Shown here piece after piece: positions 36,990-49,210 of a DNA stretch of 64,000 nt. Position 1 is the first letter of the stretch; every line of letters starts with the position of its first letter. This stretch comes from Squalus acanthias (Eukaryota). Made by a program: the position numbers and the translations under genes. The notes under the pieces were generated by a model. The model was not told the DNA's origin. It saw only the letters and a program-made list of their open reading frames with translations, and searched no databases. The stretch covers positions 110,858,001 through 110,922,000 of the forward strand of contig CM059431.1 of the NCBI GenBank assembly GCA_030390025.1, given 5' to 3'.

Positions 36990-38880
36990 ATAGGAACATA
37001 AGAACAGGAGTAGGACATTCAACCCCTCGAGCCTGTTTCGCCATTCAATTAGATCATGGCTGATCTGTATCTTAATACCATCTGCCTGCTTTAGCTATCG
37101 TGCTGAAGACTTGTGTTCCAGAACTAGCTGCGGCTCTAACCAAGCTGTTCCAGTACAGCTACAACACTGACATCTATCCGACAATGTGGAAAACTGCCCA
37201 GGTATGTCCTGTCCACAAAAAGCAGGACAAATCCAATCTGGCCAATTACCGCCCCATCAGTCAACTCTCAATCATCAGCAAAGTTATGTCATCGACAGTG
37301 GTATCAAGCGGCACTTACTCACCAATAACCTGCTCACTGATGCCCAGTTTGGGTTCCGCCAAGACCACTCGGCTCCTGACCTCATTACAGCCTTGGTCCA
37401 AACATGGACAAAGGAGCTGAATTCCAGAGGTGAGATGAGAGTGACTGCCCTTGACATCAAGTCAGCATTTTACTGAGTGTGGCATCAAGGAGCCGTAGTA
37501 AAACTGAAGTCAATGGGAATCAGGGGGAAAACGCTCCACTGGCTGGAGTCATACCTAGCACAAAGGAAGATGGCTGTGGTGATTGAAGGTCAATCATCAC
37601 AGCCCCAGGATATCGCTGCAGGAATTCCTCAGGGCAGTGTCCTAGGCCCAACCATCTTCAGCTGCTTCACCAATGACCTTCTCTCCAACATAAGGTCAGA
37701 AATGGGGATGTTCGCTGATGGCTGCAGTGTTCAGTGCCATTCACAGCTCCTCAGATAATGAAGCAGTCCATGCCTGCATGGAACAAGACCTGGACGATGC
37801 TCAGGCTTGGGCTGATAAGTGGCAGGTAACATTCGTGCCACAGAAGTGCCAGGCAATGACTATCTCCAACAAGCGAGAGTCTAACCACCGCCCCTTGACA
37901 TTCAATGGCATTACCATTGCCGAATCCCCCACCATGAACATCCTGGGGGTCACCATTGACCAGAAACTTAACTGGACCAGTCACATAAATACTGTGGCAA
38001 CAAGAGCAGGTCAGAGGCTAGATATTCTGTGGCGAGTGTCTCACCTCCTGACTCCCCAAAGCCTTTCTACCATCTACAAGGCACATGTAAGCAGTGTGAT
38101 GGAATACTCTCCACTTGCCTGGATGAGTGCAGATCCAACAACACTCAAGAAGCTCGACACCATCCAGGACAAAGCAGCCCGCTTGATTGGCACCCCATCC
38201 ACCACCTTAAACATTCACTCACTCCACCACTGGCACTCCCTGGCTGCAGTGTGTACCATCTACAAGATACACTGCAGCAACTCGCCAAGGCTTCTTCGGC
38301 AGCACCTCCCAAACCCACAACCTCTCCACCTAGAACGACAAGGGCAGCAGGTGCATGGGAACACCACCACCTCCAAGCTCCCCTCCAAGTCACACACCAT
38401 CCTGACTTAGAAGTATATCGCCGATCCTTCATCATCGCTGGGTCAAAATCCTGGAACTCCCTCCCTAACAGCACTGTGGGAGCACCTTCACCACACGGAC
38501 TGCAGCGGTTCAAAAAGGCGGCGGCTCACCACCACCTTCTCAAGGGCAATTGGGAAGGGCAATAAATGCTGGCCTTGCCAGCGACACTCACATCCCATAA
38601 ACGAAATTAAAAAAATAAAAAAAAGTTCTGTAACTCTTAATGCCCTTACCTAACAAAAATCTATCAATCTCAGTTTTGAAATTTTCAGTTGACCCCCCAG
38701 CCTCAGCAGCATTTTGGGCGAGAGAGTTCCAGATTTCCACTACCCTTTGTGTGTAGAAATGCTTCTTGACATCACCCCTGAACGGCCTAGCTCTAATTTT
38801 AAGGTTATGCCCCCTTGTTCTGGACTCCCCCACCAGAGGAAATAGTTTCTCTCTATCTACCCTGTCAAATCCATTAAGCA
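36990..38880 (-). mobile_element. CR1 3' fragment split by a nested LINE (pieces ~36990-37093 and ~38626-38880)
   Basis: Tail plus FDRVDREKLFPLVGESRTRGHNLKIR; the two pieces join collinearly. Confidence 0.8.
37094..38625 (+). mobile_element. CR1-clade LINE of a distinct family, 5'-truncated, A-rich tail
   Basis: NYRPISQLSIISKV, ALDIKSAF, IPQGSVLGP, MFADG, WADKWQVTF, ILGVTID; frameshifted. Confidence 0.9.
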
Positions 38881-40159
38881 TCATGCAGATAACTGGAAAT
38901 AAGAGGTTTGGGCTGAGGGAAGACCAACATAGTTACTTACAAATTAAGCAAGATTTATAAAGTAACATAGGAACAGGAGTAGGCCATTCAGCCACTTGAG
39001 CCTGCTCTACCATTCAATGAGATCATGGCTGATCAGGTAATAATACTGCAATTTTTATATCTGTGTGGGTCAGTGTCTTTCAATATCAGTAAGGTGTGTA
39101 GCATTTTAATTCATGCCAGTCATGCGATCTATTGCTTCAATACATTTGGTGTAATACCGCCATGGGGAACTGCTGTCACGCCGAGGCTGCAGTGAGGTCA
39201 TGGTAAAAATCACAAATCACACTGCAGGTCCCAGACTACCAATGAGCGATGCTGTGTATATGTAAAAAAACATGAGGTATTTTTGTCTTGTTTTAGTTAG
39301 TGGCTGCCCCTTTCAATCATGTCGCAGCACGCAAGCAGCTTTTTAAAATAAATAACTGCTGTTCAGGTGCCTGGAAGTTCTTTTTTTTGAATTTGCGGAG
39401 TCAAACCCCAGGAAATCTGGTAACTCTTTACTGGGATTTATAAAAGACTGTTGTGTTTTAATCAAGGGGCCGCTTGGAAAATACGTCAGGGAGGCAGCTT
39501 GAAATCTCAGAAATAAAGGAGAAACACTGAAGGTGGCTTCCAACCTCAGACCCCCTCCTGTATAGCCACTGAAAAATAGGTGCCTGGCAGTGGGAAATCG
39601 GGATGGATGGTGGGGGGGCGGGGGGGGGGGGGGAGCTGTGGGTGGGGTGGTCATCTTGGATGGCCAAGGCCCACCTGATGCAATTTTCAGGGAGACCTGT
39701 GAATGGGTGCACAGCACACCAGCCTGAGACAGGTGGGAGGCTGCTTCCATATGCAAGTTGGGATCCTCCGCTGGTTCTAAGACCCTGTATGCAATCTCCA
39801 GTTACAAATGGGTGGACAGGCTCCGGCCATTTATACCAGGCAGTGAGTGGCTTAACCAGCGGTTCTTAAAGGGACAAGAATTTGTTGGGCAGGTGGGATT
39901 TTTGTGGGGCCAGAAGGAGTCAGTGTACCTATTCGCCACCAACCCCTCCCCCCCCCACCCCCCGCCCCCACTTCCCCACATTTACTACTCACTTCTGGCT
40001 TGAGTCGCCCATGGTGCCTATGCTCCCCGCCCCCACCCCCGCCGTGTGGCATGCTGTCACAGCAGCTCGCCCGAATCATGCTATTGAGACCCAAATCTGA
40101 AAATTGTTTCAGCCCCCTGGCTTGTGACTCCTAGCTCCAGATCACTTATAAAGACTTAA

Positions 40160-40985
40160 AGAAAAGAGGTCCCAAAATAGACCCCCATGGGACCCCACTG
40201 GTAATATTCTGATATCAGTCCTTGTACCACCACCCTTTGGGTTCTAACGGGCAACCAATTATGTATCCATTGTAAAATATTTCCACTGATTCACGCTTTC
40301 TTTATTTTCGGTACCAGCCTTTCCAGAGGAACTGTATAAAAGGCCTTACTGAAATCCAAGTACACCACACCCACTGACTTACCCTTATTAAGCTCCTTTG
40401 TCACACCCTCAAAGAAATTAAATTGGCAAGACCTCCTCTTCATGAATTCATTTTGGCTGTGTTTAATGATTTTACTTCTATCCAGATGCTCAATGATCTT
40501 ATCTTTAATAAGGGTTTCCATAATTTTACCCACAATGGAAGTCAAACTCACTGGGTTGTAGTTTCCTGGGTCACTTTTACAACCTTTTTAAAAAAAAAAT
40601 AGGAGTAACAGCTGCCTTTCCTCAGTATTCAGCGATATGTGGAAGATTTGTGACTGAGTTCCTGCAATTTTCTCCCTTATTTCCTTAAGAATCCTTGGAT
40701 GCATCTTATCCGGCCCCTGAGATTTATTCACCTTAGATTTGTACAGCTGTTCGGCAACCAAGCTGGTAGTAACTTGAATAGAGTCACAGTTTATCCCTGC
40801 CGCACATCCTAGTTCCCTTTCCAGAACAAATAGGTTACCTGTCTACTCCTTGGTAACAACTAAGGCAAAAAACATATTTAGTACCTTTGCAGCCTGTGCA
40901 GCATCAGTTGTCATGCCCTTACCCATTTCAGTGGGTCCACTTCATCCCTCATTTCTATTTTTCTCTTAATATAACTAAAAAACAT
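40160..40985 (-). mobile_element. Decayed CR1 ORF2 fragment
   Basis: SLTSIVGKIMETLIKD...VYLDFSKAF. Confidence 0.82.
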
Positions 40986-41000
40986 TTATTATTATCCTTC

Positions 41001-41455
41001 AGCTGTGGCTCAGTTGGTAGCACTCTCGTCTCTGAGTCAGAAGGTTGTGGGTTCAAAGTCCCACTCCAGGGCACAAAAATCTAGGCTGACGCTCCACTGC
41101 AGTGCTGAGGGAGCGCTGCACTGTTGGAGGTGCCGTCTTTCGGATGAGACGTTAAACCGAGGCCCCGTCTGCTCTCTCAGGTGGACGTAAAAGATCCCAT
41201 GACACTATTTCAAAGAAGAGCAGGAGAGTTATCCCTGGTGACCTGGCCAATATTTATCCCTCAACCAACATAACAAAAACAGATTATCTGGTCCATTATC
41301 ACATTGCTGTTTGTGGGAGCTTGCTGTGCGCAAATTGGCTGCCGTGTTTCCTACATTACAACAGTGACTCCGCTCCAAAAGTACTTCATTGGCTGTAAAG
41401 CGTTTGGGACACCCTGTGGTTGTGAAAGGCGCTATATAAATGCAAGTCTTTTTCT
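41001..41455 (+). mobile_element. Full-length tRNA-derived Deu-domain SINE (SacSINE1-like)
   Basis: A box TGGCTCAGTTGG, B box GGTTCAAAGTCC, conserved core GGTGCCGTCTTTCGGATGAGACGTTAAACCGAGG, and a tail shared with the L2 3' end. Confidence 0.85.
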
Positions 41456-43143
41456 TTTTTCACTTCTCTAAGAGCTACGCTAAACCTTTGTAAATAAGGC
41501 TTAGGATCGTTTCATTTGTTTGTCTACTTGGAATGAGGTGGAAGGCTGATATAACAGTGTAACTGTATTGTACGACAGTTACTAATGTGTGTTTTCATCT
41601 TTTGTAAAATAAATTTGCTTGATATTTTCAAATTAAAATGCGCTCCAGTGTAATGCTCTGCTGCACTTAAAGACTGAAGTAAGATCTTTTGAAGGCATAG
41701 GAGAAGGCTAGTACCTAAAAGCAATCGCCAGACTGGGGTTTCTGTTCATTTCCTGGGAGCATTACCAAAAGCTTGCCTGGACCTCAAGGTGAAGATAAAC
41801 GCTGTTCAAGTTGGGACTCAGACACGAGAGTGACATAAGATTAGAGAGCTAGCATAATTTGGGATAAGAAGGTTTTAAGAGACCTGAAAATGTAACAGTA
41901 TATATAAATATTAGCGATGCAGGGGGATGCTTTAATTCATCTCAGAGGGTAATTTCTGCTTCCTATTGCTCCTTTGTAGAAGTGAAGATTGGTTATCTTT
42001 AATAGACTCTAAATAGGAGCTCCTCAATGGTTCAGTCAGTAATTGCATCATATAGTGTTTTATAAAGACCAGGAAGATGCCCAATTTGATCTCTGATCAG
42101 TGCTGAGTCCAGCATCCTCATTAAGAAGGGGGGGGGTGGGGAAATCAGCCAGGATTCCTTCTCCTGATTAGCAAAGCATAGACTGGAAAGTGCACACGTG
42201 CACATGGTGGGCGAGGAAAGGATTGGGCTTGTCTATGATCCTCTCATGATTGCATTGCTTGTTACTGATCATTGTCTAGGTTCGCAAAGAATTGGTTAGC
42301 AGGGTCAGGGGACCGAAGGGCTGTTGGCACCTGTGAAACTAGGCACCAACATGAATCAACATCTTCAGGAAAAGAGGAATAAGGAAAGAAGATTGGGGAA
42401 GGAAATAGGCCCCACCCCAAATAATAGTTACTTGGCCGTTCTGTGGTTCAAAAAGTGCACATTTCTGCGTAGTTAGTTGTGGGACAAGCTCTTAGCTCAA
42501 TGAAACAATATAAAAAAAACAGACACTTCAGTCCAGCTGCCATATGAAATTTAAAGTGTTAAAGTGTGGAATTATCACTTCAATGCTGTTCAATGGTTAG
42601 ATAGGTAAAAGTCAGGGAGCCAATACTATATCCCAGCTCCATGACTGCATTGCAGAATACGTTCTATTGCAATCACGGCAACCTACTGAATTTCATTCCG
42701 GACCCTGGTAAAGGGGATTTTTTTTAAATGGTAGTTGAGATGATAGAACAATTTGCTTTTATTCCCTATTTTTACGAGGTTTATACATCAGGTATAAACA
42801 TATTTATCTGACTAGAACATGCAGATATGGCCAAGCAGTGAAATTGTTACACCACTGGCTCCAAAACAAGTTGAGAAATCCTCTGCTGAGTGGAGCAGCA
42901 GCATCACAGGATCCGACGTGCTTCAGCCAAAGTCCATGTTAGCAGTTCAAGCACAGCATTGTTTGCGCTTTGCATGGATTTGATGTTCGGCCCACATCAT
43001 AGCACGCAGTCCTGAATATTAATCGAGCAAACCCTTGCTTTACCTTTACCAAAACCACGCCCCCTCCCCGAGCCAGGAGAACAGATCCTGTTGTTCCGCA
43101 GCATTCGGTCGGTTTTAAGCCCAGTGGAGGAAGCTGCCAGGAG

Positions 43144-43157
43144 GTTGCCATGGTAAC
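43144..43157. promoter_or_regulatory. RFX X-box motif in a candidate promoter
   Basis: GTTGCCATGGTAAC fits GTTNCCATGGNAAC. Unique, mildly CpG-retaining context with splice-donor-like sites on both sides. Confidence 0.6.
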
Positions 43158-44149
43158 GGTGCTTGCTTTCATCAGCTACTGCGCTGGTTTAGGGGGAAGT
43201 CCAAAAAGGAGGAGATGGCCTGCTGATAATAATCTGATATAAAAAAAAGGGTCACAGTAAATTGCTGTCACCGACTATGGCGCTTCTGAAGGAACAGAAG
43301 GGGTGTTGGGATCAGGACGGCAGAGGTGCTGGATTATAAATGTATGTATTTGAAGTCTGGAGACTACAGGAAGGTGCAAGAGATTAGACACAGGGGGGCT
43401 GTGTGTACATTTGTTGTCAGCCAAGAAGAAGCAAATGATACACAATTACTCTTTGATAGCTTGGGTTTCTTTTATTGATCAGTTGAAGCACCCCAAATAC
43501 AGCTCTAAGGGCAGAACCTAGAAGAGGTGACGGGGGACAATAAAAAAACCTGAAAATATTGTCAGACTACACTCAGCAGTGCTGATATAAAATAAACTCC
43601 TTTAGAGGAAATGTTAATGAACTCGAGGACTTTCACCAGCTCTTAACGGTGAGCCTAATGACACGGAACTTGTATCCAGCATTATTCCTCAGACCAAAAA
43701 CCATCTCAGTTTATCAGAGATTTGTACGCTTCATAGAGTTGCCTTTCATGAAAATGTGCATTATTGTCCTCTCGTGGAATTACAAAAACTCTCCTCTTAA
43801 ATTGTGTGGGGGGGAAAAAAACAAACAAAATAGATTCTAGGTTGAGTGTTACATTGTGAATGGCTTTGAAAGCGGTTGTCATGATTGTATATATTTTCCA
43901 GCAGCTGTTCTGGCATTTTAATGCACAACCCCATTTTTGTCAAACATTATCAGCAGGCACATAATTCTAAGGATTGTTTAACCATTTTTTAAATAATTTC
44001 CTTCTTTTAGTCACCTGTTTTAATCCCTTTGTGTACTAACCTCTCCTTTAATGTTGTTATTTTGTTTTATTTTTTAGTGTGGGGGTGGTCCACAATGAAC
44101 AAACTACATATTGGCAGTTATATTATCAAACCAAGCAAATTCACAGGCT

Positions 44150-45495
44150 CAGAGTGTGGGAGAAAGAGAGAGAGTGTGGGTGGGAGAGAGAGAGAGTGTG
44201 GGTGGGAGAGAGAGAGAGTGTGGGTGGGAGAGAGAGAGAGGGAGAGAGCGTGGGTGGGAGAGAGAGAGGGAGAGAGCGTGGGTGGGAGAGAGGGAGAGAG
44301 CGTGGGTGGGAGAGAGAGGGAGAGAGCGTGGGTGGGAGAGAGAGAGGGAGAGAGCGTGGGTGGGAGAGAGAGAGGGAGAGAGTGTGGGTGGGAGAGAGAG
44401 AGGGAGAGAGCGTGGGTGGGAGAGAAAGAGGGAGTGCGTGGGTGGGGGAGAGAGAGAGGGAGAGAGTGTGGGTGGGAGAGAGGGAGAGAGTGTGGGTGGG
44501 AGAGAGGGAGAGAGCGTGGGTGGGAGAGAAAGAGGGCGTGCGTGAGGGGGAGAGCGTGGGAGGGAGAGAAAGAGGGAGGGGAGGAGGGTGGGTGGGAGAG
44601 AGGGTGAGTGGGAGGGAGAGAGGGAGGGTGGGAGGGGAGAGAGGGAGGGTGGGAGGGGAGGAGGGTGGGTGGGAGAGAGGGTGAGTGGGAGGGAGAGAGG
44701 GAGGGTAGGAGGGAGAGAGGGAGGGTAGGAGGGAGAGAGGGAGGTAGGAGGGAGAGAGGGAGGGAGAGAGGGAGGGTAGGAGGGAGAGAGGGAGGGAGAG
44801 AGGGTGGGTGGGGGAGGGAGAGAGGGAGGGTGGGTGGGGGAGGGAAGGAGAGAGGGAGGGAAGGAGAGAGGGAGGGTAGGAGGGAGAGAGCGTGGGTGGG
44901 AGAGAAAGAGGGAGTGTGTGGGTGGGAGAGAGAGGGGGAGAGCGTGGGAGGGAGGGAGAGAGGGTGGGTGGGTGGGAGGAAGAGAGGGAGGGAGCGTGGG
45001 AGAGAGGGAGGGTGGGTGGGGGGGAGAGAGGGAGGGTGGGTGGGGGAGAGAGAGGAGAAGGAGGGAGGGAGAGAGGGTGGAAGGGAGAGAAGGAGGGAGG
45101 GAGAGAAGGAGGGAGGGAAAGAAGGTGGGAGGGAGAGAAGGTGGGTGGGAGGGAGGGTGGGAGGGAGAGAGGGGATGAGGGAGGGTGGGAGGGAGGGGGA
45201 GAAGGTGGAAGGGAGAGAGGGTGGAAGGGAGAGAGGGAGGGACAGAGCATGGAAGGGAGGGAGAGAGGGAGGGTAGGAGGGAGGGTGAGAGAGAGGGTGG
45301 GTGGGAGAGAGAGGGAGACGGTGGGTGGGAGAGAGGGTGGGTGACAGGGAGAGAGGGAGGGAGAGAGGAGGGAGTGAGAGAGGGAGGGAGAGAAGGTGGG
45401 AGGGAGAGAGAGGGTGGGTGGCAGGGAGAGCAGGGAGGAGGGAGGGAAGGAGGGAGGGAGAGAGGGGGTGAAAAAAGGAGGGAGGGAGGGAAGGA
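44150..45495 (+). repeat. GA-rich simple repeat array (GTGGGTGGGAGAGAGAGG-like units)
   Basis: Directly visible. Confidence 0.97.
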
Positions 45496-47621
45496 AAACC
45501 TATGTTCATTGATTGAGGTTAGCTAGACAACAGCCTTTCTTCATTTCCAACCTAACTAATACAGTAATTGTTACAATGGCTACAATTTGAAGTGGATTGT
45601 GTAATAATAATAGAATTGTATTTATGAGATTCAAATTTGTAAATGGTGAGCTTTTTAATAAAAAAAAGCTAGATAGCAATGTACTATGAATTAAAATATT
45701 TGCAACTAATTGTACTTTTTTTGTTTCTAAGGTATTTAAGCTGGGACAGGAACTTCAAGCTGATTAAAGCACAAATTGTAGTTTTGTACATTTCTCAGCT
45801 TTCAGCCGACTAATTCCATTATAAAATATGCTGGAGTGTTCATTCATCAGTTTGATGATTATAATGTGTGTATTGTTTTTAGTAAATTGGGGATAGGTTG
45901 GATAATTAAAGGGTATGGTTAAAACAAGTAAGCAAAGATAAATGTTCTTTCACCTCAGTTGGCCCATTATTTCGCCGGTGGGAGGGTGGGTGGGGGCCGT
46001 GTAAAGTATTTTTTTTTCTCACCAGCAACTACAGCTTTTAACAATATGCAAATTAAGTGTTGGCACTCAAGTAATAGTTTCATGACATCATCAATGGTCA
46101 GATGAGATGCTAATGTGAAGTTTTCAAGAAAAGTAAGCCATCAAATGTATATAACAGTTTTTTGCATTCCTCGTCAACATAGATTGAAAAATGTTGAAAT
46201 ATTTTGATTCTGTCTACTAGAAATGAACACAATCTGTATATTTACCTACTGCGTTCACAAGCTTGAAAAAAAGGTCTGCCAATCTTTTCTTCTAAAGGCA
46301 GTGCCCCTTTAAAAAGAGTTCTCAGCTAGTCTTACATCTGCAGTGTAATTTTTGCCCAGAGAGAAGGAGTAATTGGATTGCTGGATCCAAACAAAGAAGG
46401 AGCCTCCCTGCTGTCAAGCGCCAGTCCCTTTCTTTATAGCCTGCGACACTGTCTCCCTGCCATCAGTGACCGACAGTGTACTATCTTGGCCACATTTGGT
46501 GCAGTGAAACTTTTATTTGTACCAGTGACAGGAACCAAAATCAGTCCGTGTTTATACCAAGCTTTGTCCATTGCTTATTATTCCCCAGCAATATATACCA
46601 GATGATTATTTATTCTCTAATCAATTGTGGAGGTAGGGGGAAGCAATAATATCCAGTCTGTGTGATCCAATACAATATGCCTTCGGGCCGATAGCATTAA
46701 ATTGGGATATACTTTTATTCTATGTCACGCAACAATACTTTCATCTTCAAAAGACATCAAAAAAAACTTCCACATCAAAGAAATGGACCACCATGAAGAT
46801 AAGCAATGACAATTCAGTATTTGATATACATTGTAACTGCTAACAGACAGTTGTGAATTAATTTTAAGGCAATAATCCAATCTTGTGGTTTGTATGGTTC
46901 ATGACATTACCTGGATACCTTAATTGGATTACTCTCCAGTAATTCATTTCAAGGTATCCATTATCTTCTATATAATACACGCTAGACGCAAAATTTCCAA
47001 GCAATCCACTGCAGACTATCCCCCAATAAACCTTGAATATTGGCATCGAAGTCAATAAACCTGTTGCATGAATGCCATCACACTTCAAGGATTGAAACAA
47101 AATTAAGTTTAAAAGTCTTGTAGAGCTCCCCTTTAACCATATGTCTGGCATAAATCCATTGATCTGCGGAGGAAACAAGTAGTAAATATATAGTACAAGG
47201 AAATACCATTATGAATTATTTAATTCTTAAGCCCAGTATCTTACTGTAACAAAAGCAAACAATACTTTCAAAACAACTTCAGCCAATAAATCTAATTTTT
47301 AACAAAGGAATATTTGTAATTTTTTTTCACCTGTCGGGGGGAAAAAAAGGATCATCATCTAGGTTTAAATATACAAGGATTAATCTGTTGACAATAAGTC
47401 GGCATCCCTCAAAATCAGTAGGAGCAGTAAGTAGATGTACATACCCATGTGGATAGAATATGCTGATAGGGTGAGATTAGGTAAGGTGGGAGGAGGCGCG
47501 TGTGAGGCATAAACACCAGCACAGACCAGTTGGGCCAAATGACCAATTATAAATGAAAGAGATGAACATAAGAAATCTAGGCTTATGATGAAAAGTCTTG
47601 CATCTAGTGCATGTCCATCAT

Positions 47622-47832
47622 ATCCCTCCCTAAACCTCTCCGCCTCTCTACCTCTCTCTCCTTTAAGACACTCCTTAAAGCCTACCTCTTTGACCAAGCT
47701 TTTGGTCACTTGTCCTAGTATCTCTTTGTGTGGCTCGGTGTCAAATTTTGTTTTATAACGCTCCTGTGAAGCGCCTTGGGATGTTTTGCAATGTTAAAGG
47801 CGCTATATAAATGCAAGTTGTTGTTGCTGTTA
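47622..47832 (+). mobile_element. L2 3' end
   Basis: Matches 29955-30168. Confidence 0.85.
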
Positions 47833-48204
47833 CAGTATGCATGCCATATGATGTTTATAGTGGGCAAGGTGTTGCTGTTGTCGCACCTTTCAAAGGCATC
47901 ATACCTGAAAGTGTGGTCTCACAAGCATCATACATTAAATATGTCTCACAGCTCACAAGTCTCACATTTCAGGGTATCACACCTCAAGGTGCCATGTCCA
48001 TAAGGCAAAAATTGATGACTGGCTGAAATAAGCATTAATCTGTTAAATTTCTAGTCAAATGTCCAATTGGTTAAACGTGAAAGAATCAAAAGCAATTTGA
48101 TTCAGTAAGTGGTACCAATTAACAATGAGTAACAAGAATAACAAATTGTTGTGTTTTTTCTTCCAAAGTTACCAATCCTGAACTGGCAAGTCATAAAAAC
48201 ACCA

Positions 48205-48540
48205 ACAACAACAACAACTTGTATTTATATAGCGTCTTTAACGTAGTAAAACGTCCCAAGGCGCTGCACAGGAGTATTTTAAGACAAAAAAATTTGACAC
48301 CGATCCACATAAGGATAAATTAGGGCAGGTGACCAAAAGCTTGGTCAAAGAGGTAGGTTTTAAGGAGCATCTTAAAGGAGGAAAGAGAGGTAGAGAGACG
48401 GAGAGGTTTAGGCAGGGAATTCCAGAGCTTAGGGCCTAGGCAACAGAAGGCACGGCCACCAAAGGTTGAGCGATTATAATCAGGGATGCTCAAGAGGGCA
48501 GAATTAGAGAAGCGCAGATATCTCGGGGGGTTGTGGGGCT
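48205..48540 (-). mobile_element. L2 3' end (young)
   Basis: Near-identical reverse complement of 29832-30169. Confidence 0.9.
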
Positions 48541-48705
48541 GCCATGTTGCTCCGACTCTTCACGAAAGTAATCGCGAAGAGGCTCTCAGAGGCCGTGGAA
48601 CTCAAGCCACGGCAGAAGGGCTTCATAGCAGCCACCCCAGGATGTAACAAGAACATTGTCATCCTCCAAAATATAATAAAGGGGGCCAAGAGCAACAAGA
48701 AAGAT
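48541..48705 (+). mobile_element. R2/NeSL-type (restriction-like endonuclease clade) RT fragment
   Basis: Open frame AMLLRLFTKVIAKRLSEAVELKPRQKGFIAATPGCNKNIVILQNIIKGAKSNKKD resembles the R2 RT motif RLF-K-L-RL...PRQRGFI...GC-EN. Confidence 0.72.
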
Positions 48706-49210
48706 AAAACTGACTAATCAAATCACTTTAAATAATTCAATTAATTTCATTTTACCCACCAGTTGAATTTTGGGTCGTCTAACATATAAACATGTAAGTA
48801 AAATTTAGAACATAAGAAATAAAACAATTCAGAGTTAAATGTTTATTCTTTCTTCTAGAATTCCCTGTACAGTGTTGTAAATCCCTGGAAAATGTTTTCT
48901 TGCAGAGGCCTATTCCTGTGTCAGGAGCCTAGGACTCAATTTGGAGTACATGCTTAAACCTTCAACTATTGAGTTGGGATTTGTTGCCTATTTTTTTTTG
49001 TTGCTGATGCCTTGGTTCCTTCCATTTGGCTGTGCTCCATATCAATCACAATAGGACCCTTCTCTGTTCAGTTGGCTCCAAAAAGTAGCTTAAGGCTGCC
49101 TTCCTTCTGAGTCTGTCATCATCTTTTGGAAATGGAGGGGACATAATGCACCAATCATTTTCTTAATCATTGACAGCAAGACTGGTCATTAATGGTATAA
49201 GCCAAGACTT

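Noticed and set aside
41001..41070. tRNA gene
   Set aside because: It is a SINE head that continues into the Deu-domain body and is present in several copies.
44029..45526. Arg/Glu/Gly-rich and Pro/Ser/Leu-rich ORFs
   Set aside because: Translations of the GA repeat in multiple frames.
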